DNA of 35,997 bases from Octopus sinensis (Eukaryota): positions 1 to 35,997 of the forward strand of contig NW_021826275.1 of assembly GCF_006345805.1 (NCBI RefSeq), written 5' to 3'. Within the stretch, counting starts at the first letter, position 1. Every line of letters begins with the position of its first letter. Made by a program: the position numbers and the translations under genes. The notes below the pieces were generated by a model. The model saw nothing but the letters and a program-made list of their open reading frames with translations. It was not told the DNA's origin and searched no databases. Of the stretch, positions 34,376 through 35,997 are shown one piece after another.

Positions 34376-34788
34376 GGCGCAGGAGTGGCTGTGTGGGAAG
34401 TAGCTTGCTTACCAACCACATGGTTTCGGGTTCAGGCCCACTGTGTGGCACCTTGGGCAAGTGTCTTCTATTATAGCCTCGGGCCGACCAAAGCCTTGTG
34501 AGTGGATTTGTTAGACGAAAACTGAAAGAAGTCCGTCGTATATATGTATATGTATATATATGTGTTTGTGTGTTTGTGTGTCTGTGTTTGTCCCCCTAGC
34601 ATTGCTTGGCAACCGATGCTGGTGTGTTTACGTCATTGCAACTTAGTGGTTCGGCAAAAGAGACCGATAGAATAAGTACTGGGCTTACAAGAATTAGTCC
34701 TGGGGTCGATGTGGTCGATTAAAGGCGGTGCTCCAGCATGACCGCAGTCAAATGACTGAAACAAGTAAAAGAGTAAAAGAGTAAAGAG
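34376..34788 (+). mobile_element. SINE family A, best-preserved full-length copy
   Basis: GGCGCAGGAGTGGCTGTGTGG...GGGTTCAGGCCC...GGCACCTTGGGCAAGTG...(TA/TG)n...GGTGCTCCAGCATG...(GTAAAAGA)n tail. Confidence 0.92.
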
Positions 34789-35315
34789 TATATCTACCTC
34801 AACGTATATTAAATAATAAGGGTAGAAGTTGGTCTTGCTTATTTTTTTACATTTTGTTTTTTTTTTTTGCTGAGATTTTTCTTGAGAACACACTCTTCAT
34901 GGTAATGGCGATTTGACGTCTATGTTTAGCATGTAGGCTGTCCACTTTAGTGGTCAGTCCTATAAATTTTGTATGCCTCTCAACATATATATATGCGTGT
35001 GGGTGCATCTGTCTGTCTGCCATATCTATTTTTCTGTTTAGCCACGTGCGTTCAAACACGAGCGCTCGCACCAAGAGGTGTGTACAAAGCTTAATATCAA
35101 TACATATTGAGTTCAATCAACTGGCGATTAGTATCGCCATCGCTTAATGAAATCATGATAGATATGTGTGTGTGTGTGTGTGTGGTGGGTTGGTGTGTGT
35201 GCAGGTGCGCGTTAAGTGTTTGATTACGTATTTGATTTGTACAGAAACACACACTTACATATATACATACATATATATATACAAATACAAACTTTTACAC
35301 GTTCCAGCCTGCATA

Positions 35316-35353
<38 letters not shown>

Positions 35354-35678
35354 TCTACCCGAGCGTTAAACTAATACACCTGCTTTTTGTTTCCTCACCT
35401 GTCTTCGTCTTTTGTTTTCTGAACTATACATTTGAACTATACATACATACAGATGTGTGTGTACATATATATATACATATATATATGTACGTGTGTACAT
35501 ATATATACATATATATATGTGTATATGTATATACATATATATATATATGTGTGTGTGTGTGCATGATTTATGTATGTATGATTATATATAAATATACAAA
35601 TATATATATATTTATATACATATATATTTATATATATGTATATATATATATATGTATATATACAAATATATATATATA

Positions 35679-35717
<39 letters not shown>

Positions 35718-35997
35718 GTGTGTGTATAGAAATATATATATATACACACGCAAATATATATATATATATACACACACACAAATATACACTTTTACTCCTT
35801 CCGTCCCGTATATCATACGCACACAAACACACACATATACAGAAACACACATACATACACCCTCATGCATATATATATATACTACCTACGCTTATCTGCT
35901 TAGCTATTCAACCGTCTGTCCCTCACACCCTTGGTACATATTTGTTATCACTTCGCTCATTTGGTGGTTATTACCGTTGCTATGTCCCTACCGTTGT

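Noticed and set aside
34376-34450. tRNA gene
   Set aside because: A/B-box-like head only, followed by the SINE body; no cloverleaf. The same applies to all SINE heads.
35041-35076. 36-nt plus-strand mini-exon (PRAFKHERSHQE)
   Set aside because: Good acceptor but a weak GTGTGT donor; too short to support.

Overview
Eukaryotic, AT-rich, microsatellite-saturated DNA. The tRNA-derived SINE families look like those of Octopus/coleoid cephalopods (from recall, not a database hit). No complete protein-coding gene can be supported. Nearly all listed ORFs are artefacts of simple repeats, and only weak isolated exon candidates remain. The window holds about 30 SINE copies or fragments, 3' ends of an RTE-X and an RTE/BovB LINE, three R4/Dong-type endonuclease relics, a DD37D (maT) relic and a Penelope-type fragment with a minimal hammerhead ribozyme fold. 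The centrepiece is a dead mariner (12060-15062) in which the 14 bp encoding W-I-L-H-D, immediately before the catalytic D-N-A-P motif, have expanded into a 170-unit, 2365-bp minisatellite. The array has a variant-repeat grammar, is polarised in apparent age, and gives long ORFs in all three + frames. There are also (TA)n-centred fold-back palindromes and a recurrent dimeric SINE with a fixed junction. Repeat boundaries were read by eye (about +/-10 bp).
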